In this document: positions 22,371 through 33,886 of the stretch, piece after piece
Position numbering within the stretch: the stretch's first letter is position 1
Layout: every line of letters starts with the position of its first letter
From: Epithemia pelagica
Lineage: Eukaryota > Protista > Bacillariophyta
Assembly: GCA_946965045.2 (NCBI GenBank)
Contig: OX337240.1
Span: 1,054,001 to 1,118,000 of the forward strand
Reading direction: 5' to 3'
Length of the DNA: 64,000 nt
Notes under the pieces: generated by a model
Databases searched by the model: none
What the model was told of the DNA's origin: nothing
What the model saw: the letters and a program-made list of their open reading frames with translations, nothing else
Made by a program: the position numbers and the translations under genes

Positions 22371-22427
22371 CTTGTCGTCTTCATAAAACTTTCGTTTGCA
22401 TCTTGGGTTGAGATCCCCTTGACTCTG

Positions 22428-24667
22428 TCATTTTTTGGATTCTCCGTTGGTACTTCCCTTGTTCCCACCTCCCGATCCTTTCTTGTTTGCCAAGGCAACC
22501 ACTTGATTTACCGAGCGAGAGATCTTGTCCAACTTCTCATCGAAAGAGACTCGCACCTCATCAAACTTGGAGCGGGGAGTGGAAAACCGAATGAGATGTT
22601 CGTGGAGAATCAATGCAATCCTCGGGTGACCGCTGAAGTCGTGAGCTCTGTACTCACGCATTGTCTCATGCGCTTTCAACGTTCCCCAGAGCATTCCTCC
22701 CGGCGTATTGGAAGCTCTACCCGGGGCGCGTGCGTCACGCAGACTTTTAAATACTGCACGGACACAGTGGGATATGAGGATCCACACTTCGTGTTCCGTT
22801 GCATCGCTTTCTTCCTTAATTTCTCTGTGGTACCGAACCATCCAGTGGCACAGTTCATCCCAGAACGTCTTGCTCAAGAGCAACAGTTCTCGGGCCACAC
22901 TGGATGGTTCGGACCCGAACGCAAACAAGTCTTCAATGGCTTGTTCCAAGGTCTTGCGTCCATCTTTTACGTAATCCAACACTCTCTGATGGATCCCTTC
23001 TCGGCCCGACGGAGGATGGAAATCGATGAACTTTGGAACCCCGCCAGGGCTCTGGAATTGATTGTCATCGAAGAATCATTGCCCTTCCCCAGGAGAGGGG
23101 GAACTTCTAAGTTGAAAGAAGCAATATAGGCGGTGTCGTAAGGGGTCTTGTCCTTTACCCGAGCAGTGGTCGCTCTCTGGTTGGCAGCTTGTCCCTCGTC
23201 CAGACTCGCATCCGAAGTCGCGAGCGAAAGTAACGAGACAGCATCAACGAACACATACGGGTCACCGACCGCCGAATGCAGAACGAGCCAAGTGTCGCAC
23301 GACTTTCGAGAGGCGAACACGATTGATCCAACAACGATTGCATCGGACTCCGATTGCTCTTGTAAATCTTTCACATCAGCTTTAAGTTTCGCAATTTCTT
23401 CTTTCAACGCGGTGATTACCGAGCCTCCAGGTGATGGAGCTGCAGTTCCAGTGGGAGCGGTCGCCAAGGACGGTGGTGCTATTCCCCAAGCGAACATTGA
23501 CGACGAGGAGGTCTGACTCGTTGTTGATAGACCCGAGTTTCGTCCTGACTCCAACACTTCAACTCGACGCTTCAGATCTCGCAATTCTCCATCCCATTTA
23601 CCGCCTGGATCCGCAGTCGTCAGCGAAGAACGTGCAAGAAGCTGCATCGTCGGTTCAACAAAGCGACTTCGAAAGTCTCCCGAAGTCATGAACCTTTCAA
23701 TTTGTTCCGTCACGATCTTTTCCACATTTGTTTTTAAGTTGGCTAAATGACCCTCCATGGACGTAATCCGAGTCATCACTTCGGGAGAAAGAGAGACACT
23801 TGGAGCTTGTTTCGTCTCTTCCAACAATGTGGCTAGCGTGTGTGTCGACGCTGTCAACTGGTCGATTAAACCAAAAGCGGACAACGTTCCAAACGAGGTT
23901 GGGCGCTCGCCTAACAGCTCATGCAGCACTGAGAGCTTCATATGGACCGAGTCCAATTGCTCGTCGTGCTTCCCTCGGAAACTTTGCCGGATCATCTTTT
24001 CCTCCTCCACAGCAGACTTGAGCGCCGCTACATTCGAAAGTAGGTCGCGCCAAGCCCCTTGAGTAAGCGTTCGAAACGCCGGAGTTGGCTGATTTCCCAA
24101 GTCCTCTGGGACATCAATGAATGCAACTGCTGAAGCCGCCTTTTCCATCTTCACGGCCGCAAGAGCCTCAGCTATGAAAGAATCATCCGTAGATCTCGAA
24201 GCTGCATCGGGGCCTTGCTTGGTGTCCTCGACGGGAGGTGGCAAACGCACCTTCTTTCTTGCCGGTGTGTAAACAAAGTTGATGTCCGTCTTAGTATCTT
24301 GAAGAACATGGGCCACCATATTGCCATCCACCGTACCATTTCCCGACGTCATAGCCGATTCCTTCAATGCGGAGAAGGTGGCTTGCCAGCTTTCCAGACT
24401 GCCCGGACTTGTTTCAAGTTCAGACCATTCCGCTTCTCGAATAAGCGAACTCGGAAGTGTAGGAGAAGCAAAGATTGTAGGGTTCTCATCACCATCGGAA
24501 CCACTAGCACCCCGAATAAAAACGCATTGGGACTCGTCGCCCGCGATGCTGGCCCAATCAACTTTCTTGGATGTATGGGAAGCAATCGAACAGTCACGGC
24601 GCAAGCAGACGCGCTGACCCGACCCGATAACTCCACGACAAAGTCCCAAAAACACGGACTCTTCCAT
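22428..24667 (-). pseudogene. gag-like ORF1, split by a -1 frame break near 23040
   Basis: Cys/His N-terminus (CRG..CLRRDCSIASH) and coiled coils. The 22967-24667 frame continues as GVPKFIDFHPP..VLDYVKD in the -1 frame (22428-22982 ORF). Confidence 0.65.
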
Positions 24668-24702
24668 CCGCAGGATACCGTAGAGAGGGCCCGAACGGAG
24701 GG

Positions 24703-24719
24703 CCCCCCCCCCCCCCCCC
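24703..24719. repeat. C17 homopolymer (G17 on the element strand) 36 nt upstream of the gag ATG
   Basis: Directly visible. Confidence 0.9.
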
Positions 24720-26223
24720 GGTCACAAGAACAGAAACAGACTCACCTGACGACCCCACAGAGGGCGAGGATTCCGAAGTCCCAGCCCAATCATACATCAC
24801 GAAAGGCGCAAACCCGAAGGGAGCGACACAAACACAACGAGAGAGTGGTTGGCTATGGCAGTCAGGGAGTGAAAAAGAGAACGAAAAGAGAACCGCCAAC
24901 AGGATCAATGGGTGATCAGATCCGTGAAACTGCCGCTGTTATCTCTTTCCATTAACTTATGATCAAACTTCATCATTTGCATGTTGGTTGGGATACGATA
25001 CTCTGTACTGACGTGTAGTTCCCACGACAGTCCCAACCAACAATGACTCATTCCTTGAACTCGTATCCGTGATGACGTCAACTTCTCTTCTGCGTTCGTC
25101 CGTCGGTCCCTTCTTGACCTGATGGGTGCGGTGCGGGGCAATTTTATTAGCAGTCATCCGTAGTCCCTACCAAATATATTATGTACGACACTTCTCTACG
25201 AGTACTCGTACTCGTACTCGTAGCGAGATACTAGTAGACGGATGGGACCAACGACGCCGGAGTTATACGAGCTCGTAGGAGCTTCTTATTTTCTATCTAC
25301 GTGATGTTGGTAGGGAGATTCTAGTACGACTACAGATCGACCCCGGAAAGAGCGAGGGCGAGAAGCGGGGGAGCGTACTCAATTCGCCCAGTGCATAGTG
25401 TGCATAGCTCTAGCTAGAGGCACTTATTCCTCTTTAGGGATAGTATGGGATCTATCGCTGATAGGCGGACTACCGTAGGTTGGCTGTTCTGCATTCCATA
25501 TCAATAGCACATACTTCCACAGGCAAGTGAGCAGGGCAAAAGCGAAGGGTACCATTATGATCTTTCAAACCGGCGAATAAGCTTTTTCAAAAACGCGCTG
25601 GTTTTAGGACGGCTATGATACCAAGTTTGGGAAGCAGTTTGTTGACCAGCTGCCGATGTACACCGGGATAAACGAAAAATCTTAAGTGTCCCGACGGTAG
25701 GACAAGTGAAGTTGCAGCAGTAGCAGCTTTTTCGAATTGACTGTTCATGCTTCTGAACAAATCCAGAGTTACTTGACGTGAGTCGTTGATGATATGTGCT
25801 TTCTTTTTCTTTCTTTTTCATCCGCTCAGTTATGCTGTCTTTCGGCCCAGACTATGCTCTTACCTGTAGCGTATGAGCTTGAACAAAGTGTCAATATGGA
25901 ATGGGCGTGCCCACGACGGCCTTTTCCAGAGAGCAAAACGTTGAAGGTGTAGTTGAGCACGGCATCTTCTTAACTCAGGATAAATCCTCGAGATATTTTC
26001 TCATCCCTACTTTTGTTTCATTTGTATACAAGTTAGAAGTTCTTGATGAAACCTTTGGGGAACACAACTGGTATCTCGTTGGAATGAAGACATGCCTCGT
26101 TTCGTTGGATTATGTCCACCTGTGCCTTGCCTCCATGCCTGAGAGTTGATGTTGTGGTCATTCTTATTGGGTGCAGTGGAAAGACTGTATTTTGTTTACC
26201 AGAGAAGGTAATAACTCTGCCTT

Positions 26224-27553
26224 TCAGGCTCCTGGTCTTGTCAATTCAACAGGAGACTGGCCACTACTACTGTCACGAGGGAAGGCACTTGTGTGTGGGT
26301 TGCTGATGGTGGGATACCACACGGCATGCCAGAGGGCCGCCAAAGGACTGAGTTGTCCTTGCGGCAATTGTAGAGCCGACGACAGTACTGGCTTTCGTAC
26401 TTGTACGTACCGCGGACTGATAAAAATCAAAAAGTTGAAAAATCCATAAATGGGAGCAGCGGCACGGGAGAGCATGGTCATCCAGAGGAGATCCCCAAAT
26501 GCACGGTCACCCTCGCCTCGAATGACAAGAATGCTATAAATCGTCAACCAAATGGTGGAATTGATGTAATTGAAGCCATACAAAAAGCACTGCAGCAACA
26601 CTCGATGTGTTTGTGCAGTATGTCGGTCCACATCGCTTTGAAATTGTCGTCTTGTCGAAGAGTTCTGCTCTTCCTGGCTACTGATTCGTCCAAGCCAACC
26701 TCTCGGAGAGAAAGACATGGGGGAAAATTGTTCACTTGGTCTACTCTCCTGTTGTTCAGGAGGCTCTGAAACCAAAGTGTCAGTCGATGGTTCAGGGTTC
26801 ATAAATGTGCGAGTGTTGTTATTCAAGAATCGGATGTGCTGTCGGTGGTGTTGCCATACAGTCCACATGACAGTGGCGAGGCAAAGGACCAAAATAACGA
26901 TAAGAACAATGCCTGGAATGAGGTTCATACCGAAATTGTATTTACTGGCGCGGTCAGGCCCACGGGTACAAGGAGGGTTCTCTTCACAATCGTAGGGATA
27001 GGAAACCAAGATGCAAGTATTCACGAGAGGCATCGGCTGATATACATCGACAATCACACCCAGAATGGCAAACCCCACAAAGATTGACAAAACGACCGCG
27101 TGCATGACCGGCTCAAACAAACGAGCCAACGTTCGTTCCTTGATGTTATACCGGATTACCAAGACGTAGTAGATTGATAAACAAACTGCATAGTAGAATT
27201 CTCCAATTCCAGGTTGAAAAAGAGCTCCTTGAAATGTACACGTGGTCCAATTGCCACGAGCATTTCGAATATTGTATGATTCCAATGTTTCATCACCATC
27301 ACGAGGGACCGGCAGAGGGCCCAGTAGATAAAAGATGGAGAGCAAAACATCGCAGATGGAGATGCAAGCCAGTATTCGATGATAAACGATAAACAGTGGT
27401 CGCCCTGGTCGACGAAGAGGATGCCATTGTGCCGGCCGAGTGACTCACACGAGCCACCGATACGAGGGTCAAGCTGGAACCCCCAAAGCTCAGTAGTGAT
27501 GCTGTTTTCGGAAGCCATCGTAATAGATTTCCTTGTGTTGTTGATAGGGACAT
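26224..27553 (-). CDS. Diatom-type rhodopsin/cAMP-receptor-like 7TM GPCR, with a short intron or frameshift near 27400-27450
   Basis: TM1 WLPKTASLLSFGGSSL is in one frame. IVYHRILACISICDV, CTFQG, YYAVCLSIYYVLVIR and PIYGFFNFLIF are in the next frame. Confidence 0.75.
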
Positions 27554-28020
27554 TGGACATTCTGATTGATAGAAAAGTGATGTGGCCTTTGTCAACGAAC
27601 AACGAACAAAAAGAACAAGGGAATGTGCTACCCGCCTCCAATGGTGCTAGCCACTCCAGGCTTTTTGACCTATTCTACATGGGAAGATGACAAACTTTTC
27701 AACGGAAGAACAGGATGTTTTCTACACAGACTCTTGAGATCATATGTAATGCATGTAATAACTACTACTACGACGCATCGGAATGAATAGAGAGAGGCGG
27801 AGGGAGACATTAATAGAAGTGTGAATGACGTTTGACGTAACTATGATAATATGTATGTGGAGGAGGATTTTACATTAATGACGCAGGCGACGGGGAGCAT
27901 TACACAGGGCGGATGGTTGACCGAATACATTAAACCAAAATTGAAGAGGGTCAAACAAAGTCATCAGCCACCAGAGGCAAAATATTCTTGAAACAGAAGT
28001 GTTCGTCTTTCCTTAGTAGC

Positions 28021-30882
28021 CTAGAAAGCTCTTTCACCAAATTCCGAAGTAGCGGTTGATTCTTCGTAGATTGTGGACTCCATGTCCAGCACTTCAGACA
28101 CAAACGGAACCTCTTCTTCTTCTACTTCCTCTTCATCAATTTTGACTTCCCAAGAAAAGGCAACTTCGTTGGAGAAAGTATCTCCCATCTTCCTTGTCAA
28201 CCGTCGCGTGTGTTCCCAATCTGACTGAGAAACGGCCATTCCTGACGTGATTCGTTGCGTGACACGGCTCAAGTGCTCTTGGGCGTCTACCATGCGCAAA
28301 AGAAGCCATCGTGATGGTGCATGGTCCGTTTCGATCAGCAAGTGCCTCTTCTTCTCTTTTTTCAGAGCGCTCGAGCCTTCCTCGTATCTCTCGGAGGCGG
28401 CAATCAGCACATTCTTTTTCGTAAGTGCTGCATGCGGAGCTTGCTCCAAAGACTCTTCACCCATTTCACCTTCAGTATTTGTTACAACATCATCCGTTTG
28501 ACCAGACTCATCGGAACCTTTCTCGTCCACGGTCGTGTCTCCGTTCGCTTCTTCCATTTCCACTTCGGAAGGAATGATTTTGCTTGACTTTTCGTCTGGC
28601 GTATCTGCACCACTGGATTTACTATTCATGTATCCTTGGTTCGCTTCCGTGCCTGACACATTCAGACTTGTCGAATCATAGAGAAGCGCCCGCGCCGTTT
28701 TCTTGTCATTGGACATGTTGCTTGACAAACGTCAAACCAAAGACTTGCGAGTTTCCTTGGTGTGATCCATCACCAGTTGTGATACAATCACCGTTTCGCC
28801 CTTCCAAATCATTCGCAATTTCGGTAATACAATCCGGATGGAAGTGTTAAGCGTCATACTCATCACGAGGAAGACCCACACCAAGTACAAAACGGCGGGT
28901 GATGTCGTTGGCTCTTGAGTGACAAGGACAACAGCCACACCCATAACCATGATGACATGACTTGACAAAGTGCTGTCGAATATGTTCTTGGATTCGTTGA
29001 AGAGTGAAGGAAGTTTACGCGATTGAACGGCCATTATTAGCAGACCTACAATGAGAAGGCAGAAAACTGCGTAACCATAATTGACAATGGTCTCGAAATT
29101 TTCGAGATCTTCATCACAGTCACATTTGGCCCTTCTGGTGCTCTCGTCAGAATTGAAATCAATCATCCGTTTGTACGGCTGAATAAAGAACGCCAAAAGC
29201 TGTATCAAGACTTGAGGGAATACCAAGAGAGCAATGAGAATGGACAACTGAAGTTCAGATACTTGGTTTCGGACTTTCTGTAATTCGGATCGCTTGAAGC
29301 AACAACCGAGGTAACGTTGCAGAAACTTTTGCACACGAACCCAGGTAGAATCCTGTGTGGACAGTGTCTTGAGGAGCAGGGGGGAGATGAGGGCATGAAT
29401 ACGCCACAAACGTCTAGTTGTAATGGCATAAAAGATCTGCAAGCTAACCATAATTACAAGGTTGTTCGTGCGACAGTAGAAGTCGTTGCAAGGCTCCTTG
29501 AGGAAAACAAACACATTTGCTGTCAAACCTGCGGCTAGGAAAACCACCAAAAATGGTCCTTGACTCAACTTCATGATCTGATGATCACGATGTTTCACTG
29601 TCTGGTACAAAAGGAAGGAAAGACCCAGTGAGGTCAATCCAATCAGGCCATAGGAGAGATAGATGACTTCATTCGGGACGTCCAAGATCTCAGGGGGTAG
29701 TTGATAGTGGACTAAACTTTGTTTGCCGTGCAAGATATTGGCCATATCAATACGGGAAATCCATGGTTCTTCGCCTTCAACTTCGCTCTCCTCCCAGAAA
29801 TACAACTGCGCCGCGGCAATAGACACATAGTCACCAGGGACGAGAGCAATTTGCTCAATATCAATACGGAGATCTTTGAAAATAGGGCCTTCTTCGACTG
29901 GAAGGTTGATGTATACCCATCCAGAATGAATATGAGTACCACCATGGATGGTACCGCGGATATACACCCACTGACGGCGATTACTGCTGCCTCCTGATCC
30001 CCCGCCAGAGCCACCACCCGATCCAGAGCCACCACCCGATCCAGAGCCGGATCCTGCTCCAGAGCCTTCTGTTTCATTTCCACCTCCGGAACCTCCTCCA
30101 GAGCCTTCTGTTTCATTTCCACCTCCGGAACCTCCTTCAGAATCTCCTGTTTCAGTTCCACCTCCGGACCCCCCTCCAGATCCACCGGAGCTTCTGCCGC
30201 CACCCCAGCTGGATCCTCCGGAAGAACCACCCGAGCTTCCGCCGCCTCCCCAGCTGGATCCACCACCTTCACTGGCACGAGCAGCCGCCGCGGCTTCACG
30301 ATAACGGGCAATAGCTTGTTCGTGAACATATGGGGAACAGAATCCTGAAGTGCCCGCCACACAACTAAACACTTGCTACGCAATAAATCCTGGTCCTCGA
30401 TCACTGGTAAACCCAGCCGAGGCGCAAAGCGAGGTCATGTTGATATCCAAAAAGATCGTGTAATTGTATTCTCGATGCGTCGGAAGAATCTCTCCATCAC
30501 TGACATGTTCACTGGGTTGAACACCCGATATGTTATTCCCCACCGGACAGGCATCCTGAATCTTCACACCATCGAAACTCACAACGAAATCTCTGATCAA
30601 CGGGTTGGAAAAAGGAATTCCTTCCTCAGCACTTTTAGATTTCCAACAAAAAGCATCTGTTCCTTTCTCTCGATCATAACCATTAATAGTTTGCGTTGTT
30701 CCGGGTATACCAAAAGAAACTGCTTCCGCGAATTGGAGTTTCGCGTTTGAGAGCAACAACGCAAGCACCAAGGTCCATGAAGAACAAGAGGCTCGATTCT
30801 TCCACTCCTGCCCTCTCGTTCCACCGAGTTTTCCAATAAATGCGTGATTCTGCATCTTATCCACCAAACAAACCACTATCAA
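28021..30882 (-). pseudogene. Paralog of the class C-like GPCR at 13188-15719, interrupted by two in-frame stops
   Basis: One reading frame with TAG at 30376-30378 and TGA at 28732-28734. It aligns with the paralog at GIPGTTQTI.GYD, FCSP..HE, HGG.H.HSG, KHRDHQIMKLSQ, SRKLPSLFNESK and APSR..EVAF.WE. Confidence 0.85.
29990..30270 (-). repeat. Coding Gly/Ser minisatellite inside the GPCR ectodomain
   Basis: Perfect 39-bp copies at 30059-30097 and 30098-30136; 18-bp copies at 30005-30022 and 30023-30040. Confidence 0.9.
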
Positions 30883-32728
30883 CAGTCACTCTGCCCTTGG
30901 TATTTTCCCCTTTGAAAGTATTCACGGCAAACCAAACCAATGTCCGCACCAGAGTGAATTGTCGCGCTTTTCCGCAGCTCTGTCCGAAGGCTCTCCCAGC
31001 GAGACTAACAACGATGCTTCAACAAAGATTGGTCTGAACCAAACACCTCTCAACGATGAAAATAAGGCAATTTCAATATCAATTTCCCTTCGTCTCTTTG
31101 GGTCAAGGAAGCGTTATCAGTGGGAGGAATGAGCTTTGCTGCTGTTGGTTGTGGTGGGCGCAACTACATCAAAGCCTGCGTAGAAGCACCTTCCACAGTC
31201 CACTGCGCGGTTTGAAGTTTGTCGATCCTAGGTTGCAAAGAATTATTGCGACAATCGCGCCGGCCACTCCATTCAGGACTTCTCAGCGCTTTTGCAACCG
31301 AAGTGGATGCCTCCATGTGTGGCTGGACGGGAACAACGACCAACCAAGGAAGTGTCCAGTCCCCATTCTCACTTTCCAAGATAATTTGAATGTTGCTGTG
31401 AAAGGATAAGGAGTATGCTCTGGCTCGAAAACTACCAAACTTGTAGTTACTGATCAGGATGAACATTATAATACTCCCCAGCGGAATCTCGACACTGCTT
31501 TCAAGAGCGTCCTCCACTGGAATTTTATAGCCCTGAAAGGGCAATTCAGTCTACTTTTAATACAATCGTATTGGGTAAGGACCATTTTATTAATCCCTCA
31601 ACTAGCGGACATTGGACATTAGGCTTATTTCTTGAGCCAAATAATGTTTGCACTCATAATTCTACGATTATTTAAGCCTAACTTTCCCAATGCAATCCAC
31701 GTCCTTGAGTTCTGGTTCTTGGTTTGAGGTTTGAGGAAATTTGACTGGGGCGGCGGCGAATGGACAGACCTATTTTTTCCTCGCTGCTCGCTAGGAGTAC
31801 CTACCTAATCCTAATCCTCTAGCTACTAGGAGTAGAGTCCGAAATCCGAAACCATCCTCTTGCTAGCTAGGAGTACTTCCTACTCCTACAAATGGTAGAG
31901 GGAACCTTGACACTCTAGGTCTCAATTTAACACTGGACATCGAGATTGCTCTCTATTAGCCTTGGCTAGTGCCTTTCGTCCATGTTCGATCAGTCGGAGA
32001 ACGGACGACATCTTGAGGTCACCGCCGGAGGAGGGGAAGAATAGCTAGGTAGTTCATCGAGAAACTTTTACCCCTCCACCAACCAAACTCGGAAATTGGA
32101 ACAAGGACTCAATCGCTACTTTGAGTTTGTTAAATTTGTAGCTACCTAGAGGCTAGAGGGCCTCTTCTGTTGTCGTTTCTCGGGACCGGTCAAAGGAGTA
32201 TACATGAAAGATGAAAGGTGCACAGCAAACAAAAGGGTCACAATTGACAGGACGCTAGATAGTTGATAGAATACTTTATTGTCTCCCTAAAAGACGTGGA
32301 CACCTAAGTGTTCCAATCCTACGCAGCTTCCGTATCGCAATTGGGAGTAAACGTATTGAGGCGAGGTCTGAAAAATAAGAATGAGAAGATGCGACGCAAT
32401 CTGTACTAAAAACCTGGGTTACTGTGAATCAATAAGTACTACAGATGGTTCCCATTTCAACTTTCAACCGCCACAAAAACCGAAGCGAAACAAAATCTGA
32501 TTGCTCGGAATCACAATCATCTCCCATTCCCATTGTGCGCATTCGATTGCAGGCAAGGGAATTTTCAACGGCCCTGGATCGCCATCGCTGTGCGGATCGC
32601 AAAACTCAAAAAGCGAAGTGAAACAAGCAATCAACAACCGTAATCTCGGCCTTTGGTACGGACGTGATTGACTGTTCGCAATCAGGTATCTCATCTGTCA
32701 AGTCGATCCAAACGTTGGAAGTGATCTT

Positions 32729-33499
32729 GTGCTCACAAATCTGATTCGATCCTTTGGTGAAGTCTCCGAAATGCCACTACCAGCTGTGAATAAGACCATC
32801 ACGCGGGTTCTCGCGTCTCCATCGCAAGTTGCTCATGCTTTAGACTGGAAGAAGATAAGTGGAGCTGCCTTACTCTCAGTCCACATGGGCGAGAGAAGCA
32901 TCGACTTGGCCACAACGTCTCATCCAAGCCAAGAAGATCCGGTGTACAGACTTTCTTCCATACCATTGCAGTATGAAATCAGAGAGAACAAGAAAGTAGT
33001 CAAAAAGTGTGTGCTCGAAGAGATTTCTCACATTGTGCAAGACATGAATGTTTGCGGTCTGGTTGTCAGCTGGCCTGTCCAAAAACAGGGCTGGTGCGGT
33101 GCTGCCTGTGGGAGAGTGCTCAGCGCACTTGATCAGATCGTTCAGGAAACCAACATTGTAAGCAAGAGTCGACCTCTCTGCTTGTGGAATGGCCACCATT
33201 TCCACCTTCCTGAAGATCTCTGGGGTCGTGTTTCCTTCTATGGTGTCCCCGAACCCGACAGACGCCAAATACATATTGCCAGTAAGGAACAGTACGGAGA
33301 TTGCGGAATGGTTGCAGTGGATATAGCTCAAGACTACATTCGCCACCATTGGCCAGAACTTGCGCACAACTTGGTAGAAGACTTTGATGATTCTGTCGTG
33401 GGATGCTCATCAGGTAAGCCAAACACGCAGTTGGTTGATCCGGGATGGTTGGAAGCTTATTCAAGCGTTACAAAACCCATGAAATCAGCGCTCGCTTGA
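32729..33499 (+). CDS. YqgF/RuvX-like RNase H-fold protein (degenerate)
   Basis: ALLSVHMGERSIDLATTS and HIVQDMNVCGLVVSWP..G..GAACGRV resemble YqgF strands. The start is GTG 32729 or ATG 32771. Confidence 0.55.
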   Translation: MLTNLIRSFGEVSEMPLPAVNKTITRVLASPSQVAHALDWKKISGAALLSVHMGERSIDLATTSHPSQEDPVYRLSSIPLQYEIRENKKVVKKCVLEEISHIVQDMNVCGLVVSWPVQKQGWCGAACGRVLSALDQIVQETNIVSKSRPLCLWNGHHFHLPEDLWGRVSFYGVPEPDRRQIHIASKEQYGDCGMVAVDIAQDYIRHHWPELAHNLVEDFDDSVVGCSSGKPNTQLVDPGWLEAYSSVTKPMKSALA

Positions 33500-33886
33500 G
33501 CACCATGATCGGTCGTTGCATAAATCAAGCTATGGTCTGGTCACCAGAATGATAGAGGCGACTCATCGACAGCGTTGAGGCTGTGATTGAAAAGAGACAA
33601 GACATACAAAGCATATACATATATACATATATTAGAATTAAAAAGACATAGAGCCCCATATTAAATCTCATTTTGTCGCCCCTTTTCCCTCGAAGAAGTC
33701 ATGTTCGCACCACAGAGTTTGCGGCCGTGTTTCCGTACATGAGCGAGGAAGTGACAGCACGCCGTCATCGACACCTCCAGTGATTGATGATCATCAAAGT
33801 GTGGAATGGATGATTTGAAGGAATCCTATCATGTGTAGATACCTTATTCTATCAGGAATTAGTCATCATTGTCAAGTATATTTGTT

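Larger units (their letters stand above)
16760..25160 (-). mobile_element. DIRS-like tyrosine-recombinase retrotransposon (degenerate copy; boundaries approximate)
   Basis: Collinear minus-strand ORFs: gag-like, C5-MTase-like, RT (YVDD), RNase H (GDAS/RE/TDN/DGLSRG), NPP-type MT-like and tyrosine recombinase. There is no DDE integrase. Confidence 0.9.

Noticed and set aside
22419-24955. Plus-strand ORFs of 236 aa and 246 aa antisense to gag
   Set aside because: They have no motifs and are best explained as antisense shadows of a coding strand.
16760-25160. LTR retrotransposon (Copia/Gypsy) call
   Set aside because: There is no DDE integrase, protease or LTR pair; a tyrosine recombinase is present instead.
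19417-30378. Alternative genetic code or programmed readthrough to explain the in-frame stops
   Set aside because: Three different stops are involved (TAA, TAG, TGA), all also used as normal terminators here. The TAG CAA GTG context only partly matches the UAG-CAR-YYA readthrough motif.
31050-31560. Short ORFs between the GPCR pseudogene and the YqgF-like gene as a TE remnant
   Set aside because: There are no transposase or RT motifs and no terminal repeats.
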